From Lama glama (lineage: Eukaryota), in assembly GCA_028534125.1 (NCBI GenBank), contig CM052816.1, positions 21,082,001 through 21,146,000 on the forward strand: a stretch of 64,000 nucleotides of DNA, given 5' to 3'. Positions 52,158 to 64,000 of the stretch are shown here, piece by piece (position 1 is the first letter of the stretch; every line of letters begins with the position of its first letter). The notes under the pieces were generated by a model. It saw only the letters and a program-made list of their open reading frames with translations. It was not told the DNA's origin and made no database searches. The position numbers were made by a program, and so were the translations under genes.

Positions 52158-53198
52158 GTCTAGCCCCCCTCCAGCTGGTTCTGAGGGCTCCCCGGTCCTA
52201 CACAGAGGTGGAGTGTGGCGGCTGCAGTGTGACTGTCCACTGTGGTCGTCAGGGGCTCTGCTAGTTGCGGGCCTGTGGACTGCCCCCTGGCTTAGTCCTC
52301 TGTATTTTCTCTTGCGTCTGTCACTACAGCTCCAGTTGGCCCCAACTGCTCTGGGCTCTTTCTCCAGGGCTCCGTCCCTTGTCTGGCCCTGAGCCTTTTC
52401 CTTCCAGCTGAATTGATTCTTATTCTCAGTCTGCCAACTCCTGGCCTTCTCCCCATCCCTCTAGAGTTACCTCCCCACCTCACCCCTGTTCTTCTGACCC
52501 TCTGACCACCTCCTCAGAGCGTCCCAATTCTCTGCTCGCTTTATCTCTCCAATTCCTAGTTCCTCTGCTTCTTTCACTTACTCTGTCCTTCCTCTGTGGC
52601 TTTCCCTTGGGTTCCTCCTGAGCCCAGTAGAGAGGGGAATGTTAAGGCCCAGAATTAGAGTAGGAATGAGGTATTAAGAGGGCAGCTTCATGGGACAACA
52701 GGAATGGCTTGAGGTCCTGGAGGGCGTACAGCCCCACAGTCACCTGTCAGCTCTCATGTGACTGTGCTGTCCATCCCAGGGGTTAATGTTCACTGTGGAG
52801 AATGGGTTAACCTTCACCTGGGAGATTGAGGTCTTCCTTTGGCTACTGCTAATAGGTCATCTTACTTGCTTAGTGGCGAGCTCAGCCCCCTGCTGCTGCT
52901 TCTGTCAGGCCCCATGCCGGTTAAGACCTTCAGAGCACTCTGGGCCAAAGCTGAGTATGCCCAGGGAACTAATTTCAGGCTGGGTGGAGGGTTGGGGGAG
53001 TCAGGGCTATAAGAAGCACTGCAGCTGATTGTTTCCACGCATCAGAATGGCCCCAGCCAGCTGGGTTCAGGCTGGGACTCCCTCGGGAGCAATTCTATCT
53101 CTCTGGCTTCCTGCCCCTCTGCCCAGGTATGGCCTGGGCAGGGCTGTCCACTATCAGGAAGCAACTGACATGCTGCCCCCTGTCTCTGATCCTGGCAG

Positions 53199-53360
53199 GT
53201 GAACATTATTCCCATCATTGCCAAAGCTGACACCATCTCCAAGAGTGAGCTCCACAAGTTCAAGATCAAGATCATGGGCGAGCTGGTCAGCAATGGGGTC
53301 CAGATCTACCAGTTTCCCACTGACGATGAGGCTGTTGCAGAGATTAATGCGGTCATGAAT
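53199..53360 (+). CDS. SEPTIN8: SEPTIN8 coding exon 5 (G4 AKAD)
   Basis: [18 protein letters not shown]...EINAVMN; AAT|gtgagc. Confidence 0.97.
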
Positions 53361-53919
53361 GTGAGCGTTGGGCAAGGGCCTCAGGGCTCGGGCCAGCAGG
53401 CTTGGAGCCAGCACAGATCTCTGACTCAGCCCCAGGCGATTCTTGTTCCCCTGCATTCCAGCCTTAGCTCTCCAGGAAGGACGGGTGGGCATCTGGGCGC
53501 TGGCCAGTCCTGCATCCTGTGGACAGGGAATGGGAGGAATTGGATATCGGGCTGGTACTGGGGCTTCCCCAGGTTTAAGTTTCACAAGATACGAACTCAG
53601 GGAGGAGACCTGAAACCTGCAGGAGTGAGCTGGTGGGATGGCAGGGCTTGGAAGAGAGTCAGGCCCACAGGTCCTTTAAGGGAGCTTCTAGTGGCCCCTA
53701 GGAAGCCCAAGGGCTGCAAGAACACCCTGGAACACAAGGAAAGGGGATGGGGGTTCAGCCCACTCCCCTGTTTGGAGGTTCCAGGATATTTTTCTGAAGG
53801 GCTGGAAAGCCAGGTTCAGGTCTGGGCAGCCCCTTTCTGGAGCCCAGGGGCATGAAGGGTGGGTCTGTCCATTAGCCTGTGTCAGCTCAGGGCTCACGCA
53901 CGTTTGGGCCCCTTTCCAG

Positions 53920-54016
53920 GCACACCTACCCTTTGCCGTGGTGGGCAGCACCGAGGAGGTGAAGGTGGGAAACAAGCTGGTGCGAGCGCGGCAGTACCCT
54001 TGGGGAGTGGTACAGG
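53920..54016 (+). CDS. SEPTIN8: SEPTIN8 coding exon 6 (septin unique element)
   Basis: [32 protein letters not shown]. Confidence 0.97.
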
Positions 54017-54213
54017 GTGAGTGTGGTGGCCAGAGCACATCCCTAGCTGGGGGCCCAGACTTGGTCCACTATCCTGTGTCTTCCCCGTGACCATTTGTTA
54101 TCTGTGCTCCCTCGGGAGTCTGCCTCTACCCTCTAACCACTGTCCTATGCCCTGTCCTCCCTGTGCTGTCTACCTGTGTATCTGCCTGATGTCTGCGTGC
54201 TCTCTGTTTTCAG

Positions 54214-54382
54214 TGGAGAACGAGAATCACTGCGACTTCGTGAAGCTGCGGGAAATGCTGATCCGTGTGAACATGGAGGACCTCCGTGAGCAGACGCACA
54301 GTCGGCACTATGAGCTCTACCGGCGCTGCAAACTGGAGGAGATGGGCTTCCAGGACAGCGATGGTGACAGCCAGCCCTTCAG
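54214..54382 (+). CDS. SEPTIN8: SEPTIN8 coding exon 7
   Basis: [45 protein letters not shown]. Confidence 0.97.
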
Positions 54383-54575
54383 GTGACAGCTTGTCTCCAT
54401 AGCCCCAGCCAGACTTGCCATGCTGGCATCCATTCCGGGAGCTTGCGAGCCAGGGAGAGAGGCCTTCGGGACCCCAGAACCCCAGACTCTGTGCTCATGT
54501 GACTGCTTCTCTGGCTCTGCCCACCCCATCCCACCATAATCTCCCTCTTGGCCTCTTTTGTCTGCACCTCCACAG

Positions 54576-54708
54576 TCTCCAGGAGACATATGAGGCCAAG
54601 AGGAAGGAGTTCCTGAGCGAGCTGCAGAGGAAGGAGGAGGAGATGAGGCAGATGTTCGTCAACAAAGTGAAGGAGACAGAGCTGGAGTTGAAGGAGAAGG
54701 AGCGAGAG
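54576..54708 (+). CDS. SEPTIN8: SEPTIN8 coding exon 8 (coiled coil)
   Basis: [44 protein letters not shown]. Confidence 0.97.
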
Positions 54709-54827
54709 GTATGTGCTGGGTGTGGGGGTTGTGGCGTGGCCAGGGAGGGGCCAGTGCAGTCAGGCGAGTGGGGCCCAGGTCTTTCCCAGCCTGCGCGAAG
54801 CCCGGCCTCCCCACCTTGTGCTCCCAG

Positions 54828-55018
54828 CTCCACGAGAAGTTCGAGCACCTCAAGCGGGTCCACCAGGAGGAGAAGCGCAAGGTGGAGGAGAAGCGCCGGG
54901 AGCTGGAGGAGGAGACCAACGCCTTCAACCGCAGGAAGGCCGCGGTGGAGGCCCTGCAGTCCCAGGCCCTGCACGCCACCTCGCAGCAGCCTCTGAGGAA
55001 GGACAAGGACAAGAAGAA
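54828..55018 (+). CDS. SEPTIN8: SEPTIN8 coding exon 9
   Basis: [18 protein letters not shown]...PLRKDKDKK; donor AA|gtaggt. Confidence 0.96.
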
Positions 55019-56156
55019 GTAGGTGGTGGCGCCCCGCCCTGCGCTGGCTCGCTCACTCTCGCTCACTCTCGCTGGTTCACCACTTTACTCTTGCCTTTCA
55101 CTTGCTCTCCACCTCGTTCTTGCTCACCTCTCTTTCTTTCACTATGATCTTCACATCTTGAGATGTCAAGCACTTGTTCACACTCTTGTATTTGTGCGTG
55201 AGCGGCCCCTCTCCCATCCCACACCCTGCTTCTCTCTCTCTCTTTCTCACTCTCTCTCTCCTGCAGCCTCCTCAAGAGCTGGGTGGAGAAGGCTGGGCCA
55301 CACAGGCAGGAGTGGCCCCTGAAAGGGTATAAGGTCTCAGGGAAAGTCTTTCAGTCCAGGAGAAGGTCAGGGCCTGGGAATGTCAGCATTTCTGGGCAGA
55401 TTCCAGAAGCTCTGTGGTTTCTGCTTGGTCAGCCATGGTGCATCCCCCTCAGTCCTGAGGCCGTGGACTTGGGCCCCATACTGGTAGGCAAGTAGTGGCT
55501 TGAGCCCAGCCAGCACTGGCTCCCTGGGCATTATAATCGTGACCTGGCTGAAGGAAGGACAGCAGCTCCATGCAGGGGCTCTGTGAGTCCTGCTGGAGAG
55601 AGGGGCTGCCCCTCAAGTAGAGGCTGGAGTTGTTCCTGCAAGAGTAGCCCCCGAGGGGAGAGAATGATGGGGGATGGAAGGGAGGCTTTCCCTAGCCTCC
55701 GGGAGTGCAGTCAACTTACTGGCCAGATGGAGGCTGCTCTAAGTCCCTTCTCCTTGGCGCTTTTCATAGCCTATTTCCACACTCACAGCTGGAGTCCAGA
55801 TGCCCTGGCTCCTGGGGCTCTCCCACCCCAAACTCACTTCTTTCAGTGCCCCACACCACATCACACTATGGAGATCTCGTCCGTTCCCACTTCTCCCTGC
55901 CCCTGGCCTGTGTCAGGTACCCTCCTTCTCTTGCTAACCTAACAACTAAGCAGGTGTACCCATCTTGGTCCTCATTCTTGTTCTTCCGGGAATCCCATTT
56001 CCTCCTGGAATCTGTGGGAATGTGTGTGTCCAGGCCCTTCCTTCCTTGGTAGCAGTGGAGCCTTGTAGTTAAGGCCATGTAGTACAAAACTAGCTGTGGC
56101 CCTGGGATGCTGCTTGTGGCATTAGCACTTCCTCTGTCCCCCAATCTTGCATTCCC

Positions 56157-56157
<1 letters not shown>

Positions 56158-56188
<31 letters not shown>
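56158..56188 (+). repeat. (CA)n microsatellite
   Basis: Uninterrupted AC repeat. Confidence 0.95.
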
Positions 56189-56190
<2 letters not shown>

Positions 56191-57442
56191 ATGACACACT
56201 ATCTTTCTCTCTCCTGCCCCATCACATACACAGACTCAGGCACATATCTACCAACACACACCGTCCCCAAGACACATCTAAGGAAAAGAAACTTACAGAG
56301 CTTCTCCCTGGGGGAGATCAGGGGGACAAGGCAGGCATTTAGGAATTGGATGTTAGTTCTCATTCCTAAGGCCTGTCTTCTGCTCTGGGACAGACCTTCC
56401 TCCTTTCTGTAGTTTCTCCCATCCTCTTGACTGGTGGCTCCAACCCAGCTGCTGGTACTGCTGGGATAGATAAGCCCCTGCTTGTCCCCAAGGAGGACCC
56501 AGCCCCACACTGCTCTCAGCCATATGAATTTCCCTTCTGCTTTGCATTTGCTTCCAGCCCTGGTCCCATGTCTAGCTCTTGGTGAGCTTGGTGAGCTTGG
56601 TGAGCATGGGGGCTCTGTGAGTTGGAACTTGCGTGGATTTCAAGCTAGTGGCTCAGAAATCTGGTTTCTCCTGAAAGGGGGTATGTGGGTCTGTGACCCA
56701 GGTGCTGGCACCAGAAGAGACTTTGCCTTGCTCCCTGCTAGTTTAGCCTAGGCCGTCTCATTTAAAAAAAGAAAGAAAGAAAAGGCATGCAAAGTCCCCT
56801 AGGAAATAAGCTATGGAGAAACCGCTCAAAGACTGAAGACAAGAATGTGTGGCCAGGTCGGGGTATGAGGGCTGGTGGGCTGGGGTGCAGGCTGGCTGCA
56901 GAGGCACCAGCGCAGTTCAGGGTGGGGCTCGTCACTGGTGTCAGATCTCCCTGCTTTTTTCATGTGACCTGGACCTGGGAAACAGGTCTTTTCTGTTTGC
57001 TGGACATTCCAGAAAGCTTCAGTCAGTTTGGCCTCTGGAAGAGAGCCCTCTGTTCCCATGTTGGCTTTGTGGAGACCAAGCGTAGGGTAGGTGGGGTGGC
57101 TGGGATCACTCCTTCCTCCTGCCCTGGTCAGAGGAATGACATGAGTCAGGAGTGCAGCTGGGGGGGCATTTTTGGTGACCATTTAGTTGAATGGCTTTGA
57201 TTGGTTGTATTCTTCAAATTGTAATCCATTTTTGCAAAATTACTTTCCAGTCAGATCTTGACCCTCAGCCTGGGATGCCATAAACTGAAGCGAGTTCTCT
57301 GCTTTGCTCGTCACAAAAGCCAAACTGACTGCCCTTTCCCAGTGTCTATCTTGCTGTCTTTTGCTTCTGTTTGATTTGGTTGTCTGCGTATCTTTTAATG
57401 TGTCTGTTTTTGTTCTGTTTTTTTTTTATTTTTATTTTTCAG

Positions 57443-57446
57443 TTAA
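57443..57446 (+). CDS. SEPTIN8: SEPTIN8 terminal exon, ...KKN-stop isoform (429 aa)
   Basis: Long T-tract and cag|TTAA; summed CDS 1290 nt = 429 aa, the length of a known SEPT8 isoform. Confidence 0.85.
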
Positions 57447-57700
57447 CGCACGCACAGACTTACATGTCAAGAGCGGACTTTAGACTTTCATGTGTTAAGT
57501 TGCTTGAGTTACACCTTCTCCCATAACATGGTGTGAGGACGGACTGGGAGCCGGTACAGACTCCAGTGTTTACAGCCTTGCTTTGTTCCCCAACCCCAAC
57601 CGCCCCAGGCTGCCCTGGCCTGGCGGGCCACCCTCTCTATGCAAACTCGTCAAAGCCATGAATGCTGGAATCCAAAACTGATGAGGTTTATTTTTTTCAG

Positions 57701-57743
57701 AGCCAGTGGCTGGTCTTCCATTTACAGTGTCACTATTCCTTGA
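57701..57743 (+). CDS. SEPTIN8: SEPTIN8 alternative terminal exon ...KASGWSSIYSVTIP (442 aa isoform)
   Basis: tttttttcag| acceptor; peptide matches the recalled SEPT8 isoform tail; summed CDS 1329 nt. Confidence 0.88.
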
Positions 57744-60245
57744 CGGAGCAGTTTTGTGCCGCTCTAGTGAAGGCCCCAGCTGGCGATGCTCGGCCTAATT
57801 GTACAGCGTCAAGATGGCAACTCATGCAGTGCCCTAGGTGTGGCTGCGTGGTCTGGTATACATGCTGCAAAATTCGCCCGATTCCCCTTCATTTTAATTT
57901 TTCTAACCTAGAGCTTAATTTCAATAATAACTTTTACAACACTTCTAAATTTTTATTTTGGCACAAGCGTAAAGACAAATAATATCCTCTCCCATTATTT
58001 TCATAAGTAACGCAGATTCCCTGATTTTTAAAACTAAAAATACCTCTAAACCTTTCTTATGTATAAAGTACCCCTATAAAATACAGGGAGAGGTGGGTAA
58101 TAAACGTCCTGTGATGGCAGTGTTTGGAATTTCTTTATGGATGAAAGTGGATCATGAACAAGACCACATCCAGTGTTTTTACTGTGAATGTAAATGGAAC
58201 AGCAGCCCAAAGCCATTGTGTGTGTGCCCCAGAGGTGCTACCTGTAAACAGGGTCCAACCCCACGTGTGTGTGTTAAGTGTTTGACTCCAACTAAGACCC
58301 CCAAACCAATCCTGCATATTCCAAATGCAAGGAGTGCTCAGTCAGGAAAGGTTTTTCTCCTGGTCATGCCAGGTCATTTTTCCCTTTTTCCTGGCTGAGT
58401 CACACGGCAAAGAGATGAAGGTGTCTGACGTATGTGGCCAATTTAAGAAAAAACAGCAGATGAGCTTTTCCCCTTTGGCTGCATTCTTAAGGAGAATATT
58501 GTAAGGAAGTACAAGGATTCTTTTGTGTTCCTGTTGGTTTGCAAGCCACTGAGAGTATCAGGGTAGAATATATGTCCTGATAATACAGGACACAAAAAAA
58601 TGAATAGACAAAAGGAAGGATTTCACTTAATGTTGGTGAAGCACTGTGCTGGGCACAGGCTACCCAGAGTAGTATGCAGCTCTCCCCTCAAGGAGCTCAC
58701 AGTCTAGTGCACTCCCTAGTTGGAAGCCTTAGGAAGCTGAGATAATATATTGTTAGACTGGCAGTTTGTTATGTCCTTCATCTTCCCTCCTGTCATCGTT
58801 TCCCTCTTTTTGCCTTTACCTGCTTTACTGATTTCCAGGACCAGGTTCTGGCTCCTTCCTGCCACTCAGAGAAGGCTGGAGGGTGAGCTGTGTGTTTCCA
58901 CCAGGGCATGGCCAGAAAAAGGTGGCCCTTTTCTCCTTGCCAGGAGCAGAGCAGGTTTTACTGATGCCAAAAGTGAGAATTCTCCAAGGGTTATGCCATG
59001 ACCAGGATTGGATGCAGATTTTGAAGGGCTTGAAGCTTGAACTATTTGAGAAGTCTTCTTCAAAAAAAAGAATATGAGTATAAAATTAGGTACAGGGCCT
59101 TGGAAGGGGCCCTGAGAATTAAACTTCATTAGCTTCTCGGTAAATCCACCTCTGGTTGTAATTGATAACTGATGCTTCCGTATGGGTATCCAAAAAGGTA
59201 AACTCAGCAGATCTAAGGCAGATGTGGACTGCGAGTGGCTTGTCTTTAGCATAATTATATGTCTGCAAGTGTATTTAGTTGGCTGGAAGGATGACCTTTA
59301 AGATAGCCTCTGTCAGCTAATGTATTTCTGAAGATGAGGCTCAATGACCCAACCGGTTCACTGGTCATGTAAGAAATGAGGACTCCTGGTTCATGGGCCA
59401 ATCTGGGGTCTCTTGGAGTGGGCAGATTCTGTCACCCATCCACCGCTGTCTGTGGGCTGCACCCCGGGCATACACGGAAGGCCAGAATTGTGGCAGTTAC
59501 CTGCCTGCGGGCCCAAGGCTTCCCGGGGAAGACCTGTCACTGTTACATTTTCTGGGGTCTGAGCTGCCTCCACAGTTCCCATTAACTTTAGTGAGCCTCA
59601 CTGCACTTTTCTCCCATGCTGTTTGTGTTTGGAATTTTGTCATTTTTAGCTAAGACCAAATTAATCCTTGGTGCACAAGGTGAGCTTACAACTTGCCATT
59701 GTTTATTTAACAAGCTACCCCTCGTGGAATGTGACCCCTGCCTGCAGGATCTGATTGCCCCTCCCTTTCTATCTCAGTATCATCTGTTGGCATTATTAGG
59801 ACTGTCAGTGGGATCATGCTGGCATTTACTATCATGTCTTTCATGAACCAAGTTGATTTGGGGTAGAATCACCGTGTAATTTATTGGCCAAATTGAGACT
59901 TTGAAGAGTGAAAGGAGATGGTGTTGATAATTATGCCGGGTCAACAGGCATAAGCTATAACTATCTCAGGCAAACTGGGATATATGGTCACCCAAGTCAC
60001 GGGTAACCTGATTCTGGGTGGTCATAATTGTGCAGACTGACTGCATATGTGACTGTGTATGTCTTTGTGTGGGTTCTCTGTTAAGCGCAGCTCATATTAC
60101 TGGATAAAAGGCCCAAGAGAAGCGTGGCTTGCTAGTCTGTTACGTTAACATGCTTTTCTAAAACTGCTTCACTTGTTAATTCATTTACTCCTTCATTCAT
60201 TGACTGTTTTTGTTCCTTTCCATTCACTTTGTACTCATTTTTTTC

Positions 60246-60251
60246 ATTAAA
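60246..60251 (+). terminator. Probable SEPTIN8 polyadenylation signal (ATTAAA)
   Basis: U-rich upstream sequence with TGTA, ATTAAA, then GT/T-rich downstream element tttttgtggtgtcttttt about 20 nt later. Confidence 0.6.
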
Positions 60252-60609
60252 TTTTGCATTTATTTTGAGTTTTTGTGGTGTCTTTTTTGGGCAGTGGCTT
60301 TTCTGATTTAATGTTTTCTAGCCTATTAATCTGCTACAGCTGTGGTAAAATACAGCTTGTCTTTTCTGTGAACTTTGTGGGGTTGATCAGTTTCTATAGG
60401 AGTTATGTTTTAATAATGAATCCTGCCATGGGCATCTGTGTAAGGCTCTTGACTGGGTGTGGGATGGAGGAAAGATAGGAAAGAGAAGATGCAGCCTGTG
60501 GTCAATGAATCTTTATCAGGCAACTTGATGAAGCAGGACATGAGAGAAGGCAGCCCCTGCCCTTGAAGAGTTTACATTCTTGAGGAGGAGGCTCGACTTG
60601 GGACAACTA

Positions 60610-60800
60610 GCATTTGACTTCTTATTGTGTGCCAGTCATTCCTCTAAAGTGCGTTACATGTATTAATTCCTCTAACCTTCATAATAATCCTATGATTAGG
60701 TATCATTTTCCCATTTTATAGGCAAGGCACAGAGAGGTTAATTACCCAGGGTCACACAGCTCCTAGCTGGAGGAACTGGGGTTTGAATATTGGTCTTCTG
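60610..60800 (-). mobile_element. MIR SINE
   Basis: cttattgtgtgccag...aaccttcataataatcctatga...cccattttatag...gcacagagaggttaa...cccagggtcacacagct. Confidence 0.85.
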
Positions 60801-62753
60801 TACCCTTCATTCCTCAGCTATAGCTGCTCCTTGGCCATCTGATGGAATGACAGAAGAACAGTGAAAATGTAGCCACTATTAAAGTGTGCGGTTTGACAGT
60901 GTAGGTTGGTGAACCTGAGATAGTTTTGTAGAGGTGGGATGTCCTCCTAAGTAGGCAAACGAGGAAGGGCAGACTGGTGGTTGAAGGAAGCAGTGGCGAT
61001 CTGCTGGGTTAATCTGTTGAGGAGCTTCCTCTGTTGGACAGTCGGCTCATCTCTGGGAGATCAAAATGAGGAGATGGGGGCCTAAGGTTGGGGAGCCAAC
61101 AGCCCAGCAGGGAGTCTGGCATGCAGGCACCCCTCATGAGGGACAGCACAGCTCTCCCCAGGGGGAGGCAAGTAGCAGGGAGGCAAAGTCTTCACCAAGC
61201 TTTGAAGGACGGAGATGCTCCAGGAAGCCAGGGAGAGTAGGGTCACAGTAGTGGAGGGAACAACATTGTACTTGTTCACCCAATTATGGGAAGTAATATT
61301 TGGACACGTTTAAGAAAGGACTATGATGCTCATCTCTCTGCTCTTCCCTTAGCCCATCTGCCTCTGAGCTCTCTCCTATCTCCCTTTTCTGCGGCCACAG
61401 TCCTTCACCAATCTCTGCCCTCTGCAGGTGGGGACAAAAGGAAGATGGTTTGTGTCCATATTTCTTCCACCGCAATGATCAGCAGTCTGATTTGAGATGG
61501 GATAGGAGCCCTAAACTTCAGGGAGAAAAATGTTAGAAGGGAATAGGATGGGACCTAGGACCCCAAGGCAAGCTTGAACAGTGTAAAAACTTAAAAAAGA
61601 AAGAAAGAGAGAGAGAAAGAGAGGGAGGAAGGAAGGAAGGAAGAAAGAAAGATTGATTCTCCCAAGTGTTTTACTTTGGCTATACAAAAGTTTGCTTCCC
61701 CAAAGAAGAGGAATGTTTACAGAAAGATGAAGCAACAAGGCTGTCCCTTACCTACGTCCATGCTGCGGCTCACAGGTACACCTACTCCTTTCTCCAAGAG
61801 ATTGAGAGTTGGCTTAGCTCTGAGGATGCAGCTTACAACCAGAGCTACTTGGTTAAGGAATCTGAGTACCTCTCAGCAGTTCCCTGAAGTCAGAGACAGC
61901 GTGAGCTGGTGTGGGCCCTCAGGATGAGCCCCCACCCTACCAACGACAGCGCCCACTCACAGTGGAAGGAAAGAGGCAGAGGGCAGCCATGGCCACTGGC
62001 AGGAGCTGTGGCCAAGAGCAGCATGCTGCCCCCAGAATCTTCATCTGTGCTGGGCTAGAGGACAGTTACTGAAAGGACCCAGGAGATTGTATTTCAAGTG
62101 TATTTAACTCTATCAAGTCTAAATACATGGTATCCAATAGATGTAAAATGAGATTCAGACAGGGTTGAAAGGGATTAAGGTGTATTTTAACAAAAGCTCC
62201 AACAAGCAAATTTGTTTCAACAAATGACAGAGATTTGTGCTACATACAACACTATTATAGTATATCTGGTTCTTGATTATTTTGTGCCTAGTGGCAGATC
62301 ACACTCCCCGTGGCTTAGCACGTTTACAAAAAAACTGTTCACAGTGAACGGACTTCACAAATCACCTCTAAATGTGTGGCTCAGCCATTCATACCCCCAC
62401 CACTACTTACACAGCCCCAGCTGGCAGAGATGCCAGCTGGACTCCACTGCCTAGAGAATGGCTCTATAGTGTCACAGCTTCCGAGGGGCAGCTGGCTCCT
62501 CCCTCACAGCCACGCTAGTCATCTCTTCCTCCTTCTGACAGCACAGTGTTTGGAGCAGGCTTAGCCTCAGAACTAGCCCATCTCAACTAAAAGCTCTAGG
62601 AGCTGTGCCTTCCCATCACAAGGGTCACCTTGAAATGTCATTCTTTAACACAGACATTCCTCTAGTTAAGCGAAGAAACTACTTTGCTTGAGAGTAACAA
62701 AGGAGAAATGTGCCTAAAGCTTGACCAAATACTGTACATTAAACAAAGCATAC

Positions 62754-62759
62754 TTTATT
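62754..62759 (-). terminator. Candidate CCNI2 polyadenylation signal (AATAAA)
   Basis: tttatt on the + strand about 490 nt downstream of the inferred CCNI2 stop. Confidence 0.5.
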
Positions 62760-63241
62760 GAGTCCTTATAAAGCAAAGATATAAATCATGGCCAAGTCAG
62801 GGTAAACGTATCTGGAGAGACGGCCCCCTTTTGCAGGGGCAGGCAGGGTACTTGGGACTTGAAGTGCTGCACATGTTCCTGGTATGAGCCTGGGAAGCTG
62901 GGAGAACCTGGCCAGCTCTGGCAGGTGGAACAGTGAGAACTTGCCTGTCAGCACCAGCAAGGCTGACCCCTGGCCTCGTACTCCAGCTGTCTGATGAGCT
63001 AATCCAGCCCTTGATGGAGAAGGAAGAAAAACCAAGCTGCAGTATGAGCACTTACTCCTTCTCCCTGGTCTCAGGCCCAGGGTTGTGAGGGAGGCAGGGT
63101 TTTGATATGTCAGGACTACCCTTCCCTTTAGGGACCCCAACCTGTCTTTTTCCCCCCTCATTTTCTTCTAAAGACTCAGGAACATTTTCTCAGTTGCTCT
63201 TTCTGGGCTTTCTTCCTTTCTTGTTATAGGATCCATAAAGC

Positions 63242-63412
63242 CTAGACTAGAGAGGAGTCCAACCAAGAAGGGATCACCATTATGCTCCAAAGGGCATTGG
63301 GGTACGGACACAGAGGCTGGCAGGTGAAACAGAAAGTGCAGGAGGATGACTCAGAACTTGCCAGCTGCTGCTTTACTAGTTTCTTGCAGCGGTTCAGCTG
63401 CCAAATACTGAC
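63242..63412 (-). CDS. CCNI2: CCNI2 (cyclin I family member 2) terminal coding exon
   Basis: ttttaattacag| acceptor; VSIWQLNRCKKLVKQQLASSESSSCT is colinear with recalled human VGDMQYSCCKELVMQQLRSLQSSSCT; expected syntenic position opposite SEPTIN8. Not in the ORF track. Confidence 0.72.
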   Translation of the reverse strand, partial: VSIWQLNRCKKLVKQQLASSESSSCTFCFTCQPLCPYPNALWSIMVIPSWLDSSLV

Positions 63413-64000
63413 CTGTAATTAAAACAGAACAGTGGTCCTTGAGGAGATCCATTCTACATTCTGAAGAATGAGTAACTGAGTGACAAAATGTTACCATGGA
63501 GCAATTCAGGAAGATCCAACCACCCAACTTAATAACATTAACACCACCATCTCAGGGACCTCCCTCTTCAACCTCAGTAAAACTGCTGTTAGTCTAACTG
63601 CATTCTGTCTTACCCTGTCCATCCTGAGCGATTCTGACCTCCCAGTGTCTACCTCATGGTACCCCAGTGCCTGGTACCAGATCGAGCGTCAGGGGTCTGA
63701 AATTTACATTCCCCAATATTACCCCCAGGGTTGCTTCCTCCTGAGCTAGACATGTCCCTGCATCCTCTTGCCTACAAGGACTGCCACTGAGATAAAGCTT
63801 CTCTCACTGTCAGAGAAACCCACTCCAACTGGTCTGGTGAAGGTAATCTGTGTCTCATACCCAAGCCCAGACAGCGTGCCATGTGTGGAAAGCCTAGCCC
63901 CGAGGAAGACTCTGTTCAGAGTCATGATGGCCAGACCATCCTCTGGAGCCCACAAGGGCAAAGAAGGGCCATGGGTGCCCTTTTGGGGTCAGAGTGCATC

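Noticed and set aside
60280..64000. Distal SEPTIN8 terminal exon of the 483-aa isoform (NRSDIGAHQ... as recalled)
   Set aside because: Not found in the window; it probably lies beyond position 64000.

Overview
Mammalian genomic DNA, most likely a camelid (two tRNA-derived SINEs resembling the camelid Vic-1 family, plus cetartiodactyl-type L1 3' ends). It is orthologous to the human 5q31 block SHROOM1-SOWAHA-SEPTIN8-CCNI2. Contents: the last seven coding exons of SHROOM1 (+, 1-2681); intronless SOWAHA/ANKRD43 (-, 9309-10991); a ~27 kb repeat-rich interval with a 500-N assembly gap; the full SEPTIN8 coding exon set (+, 39370-57743, with a GC-AG intron and alternative terminal acceptors); and the last coding exon and 3' UTR of CCNI2 (-). 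The most unexpected signal is a series of non-repeat, minus-strand, exon-like segments between SOWAHA and SEPTIN8. They have splice signals and long frames broken by only a few stops, suggesting a decayed multi-exon gene; this is inference and has not been checked by any homology search. Gene identities rest on my recall of the human orthologous proteins. Repeat boundaries and subfamily names are approximate.
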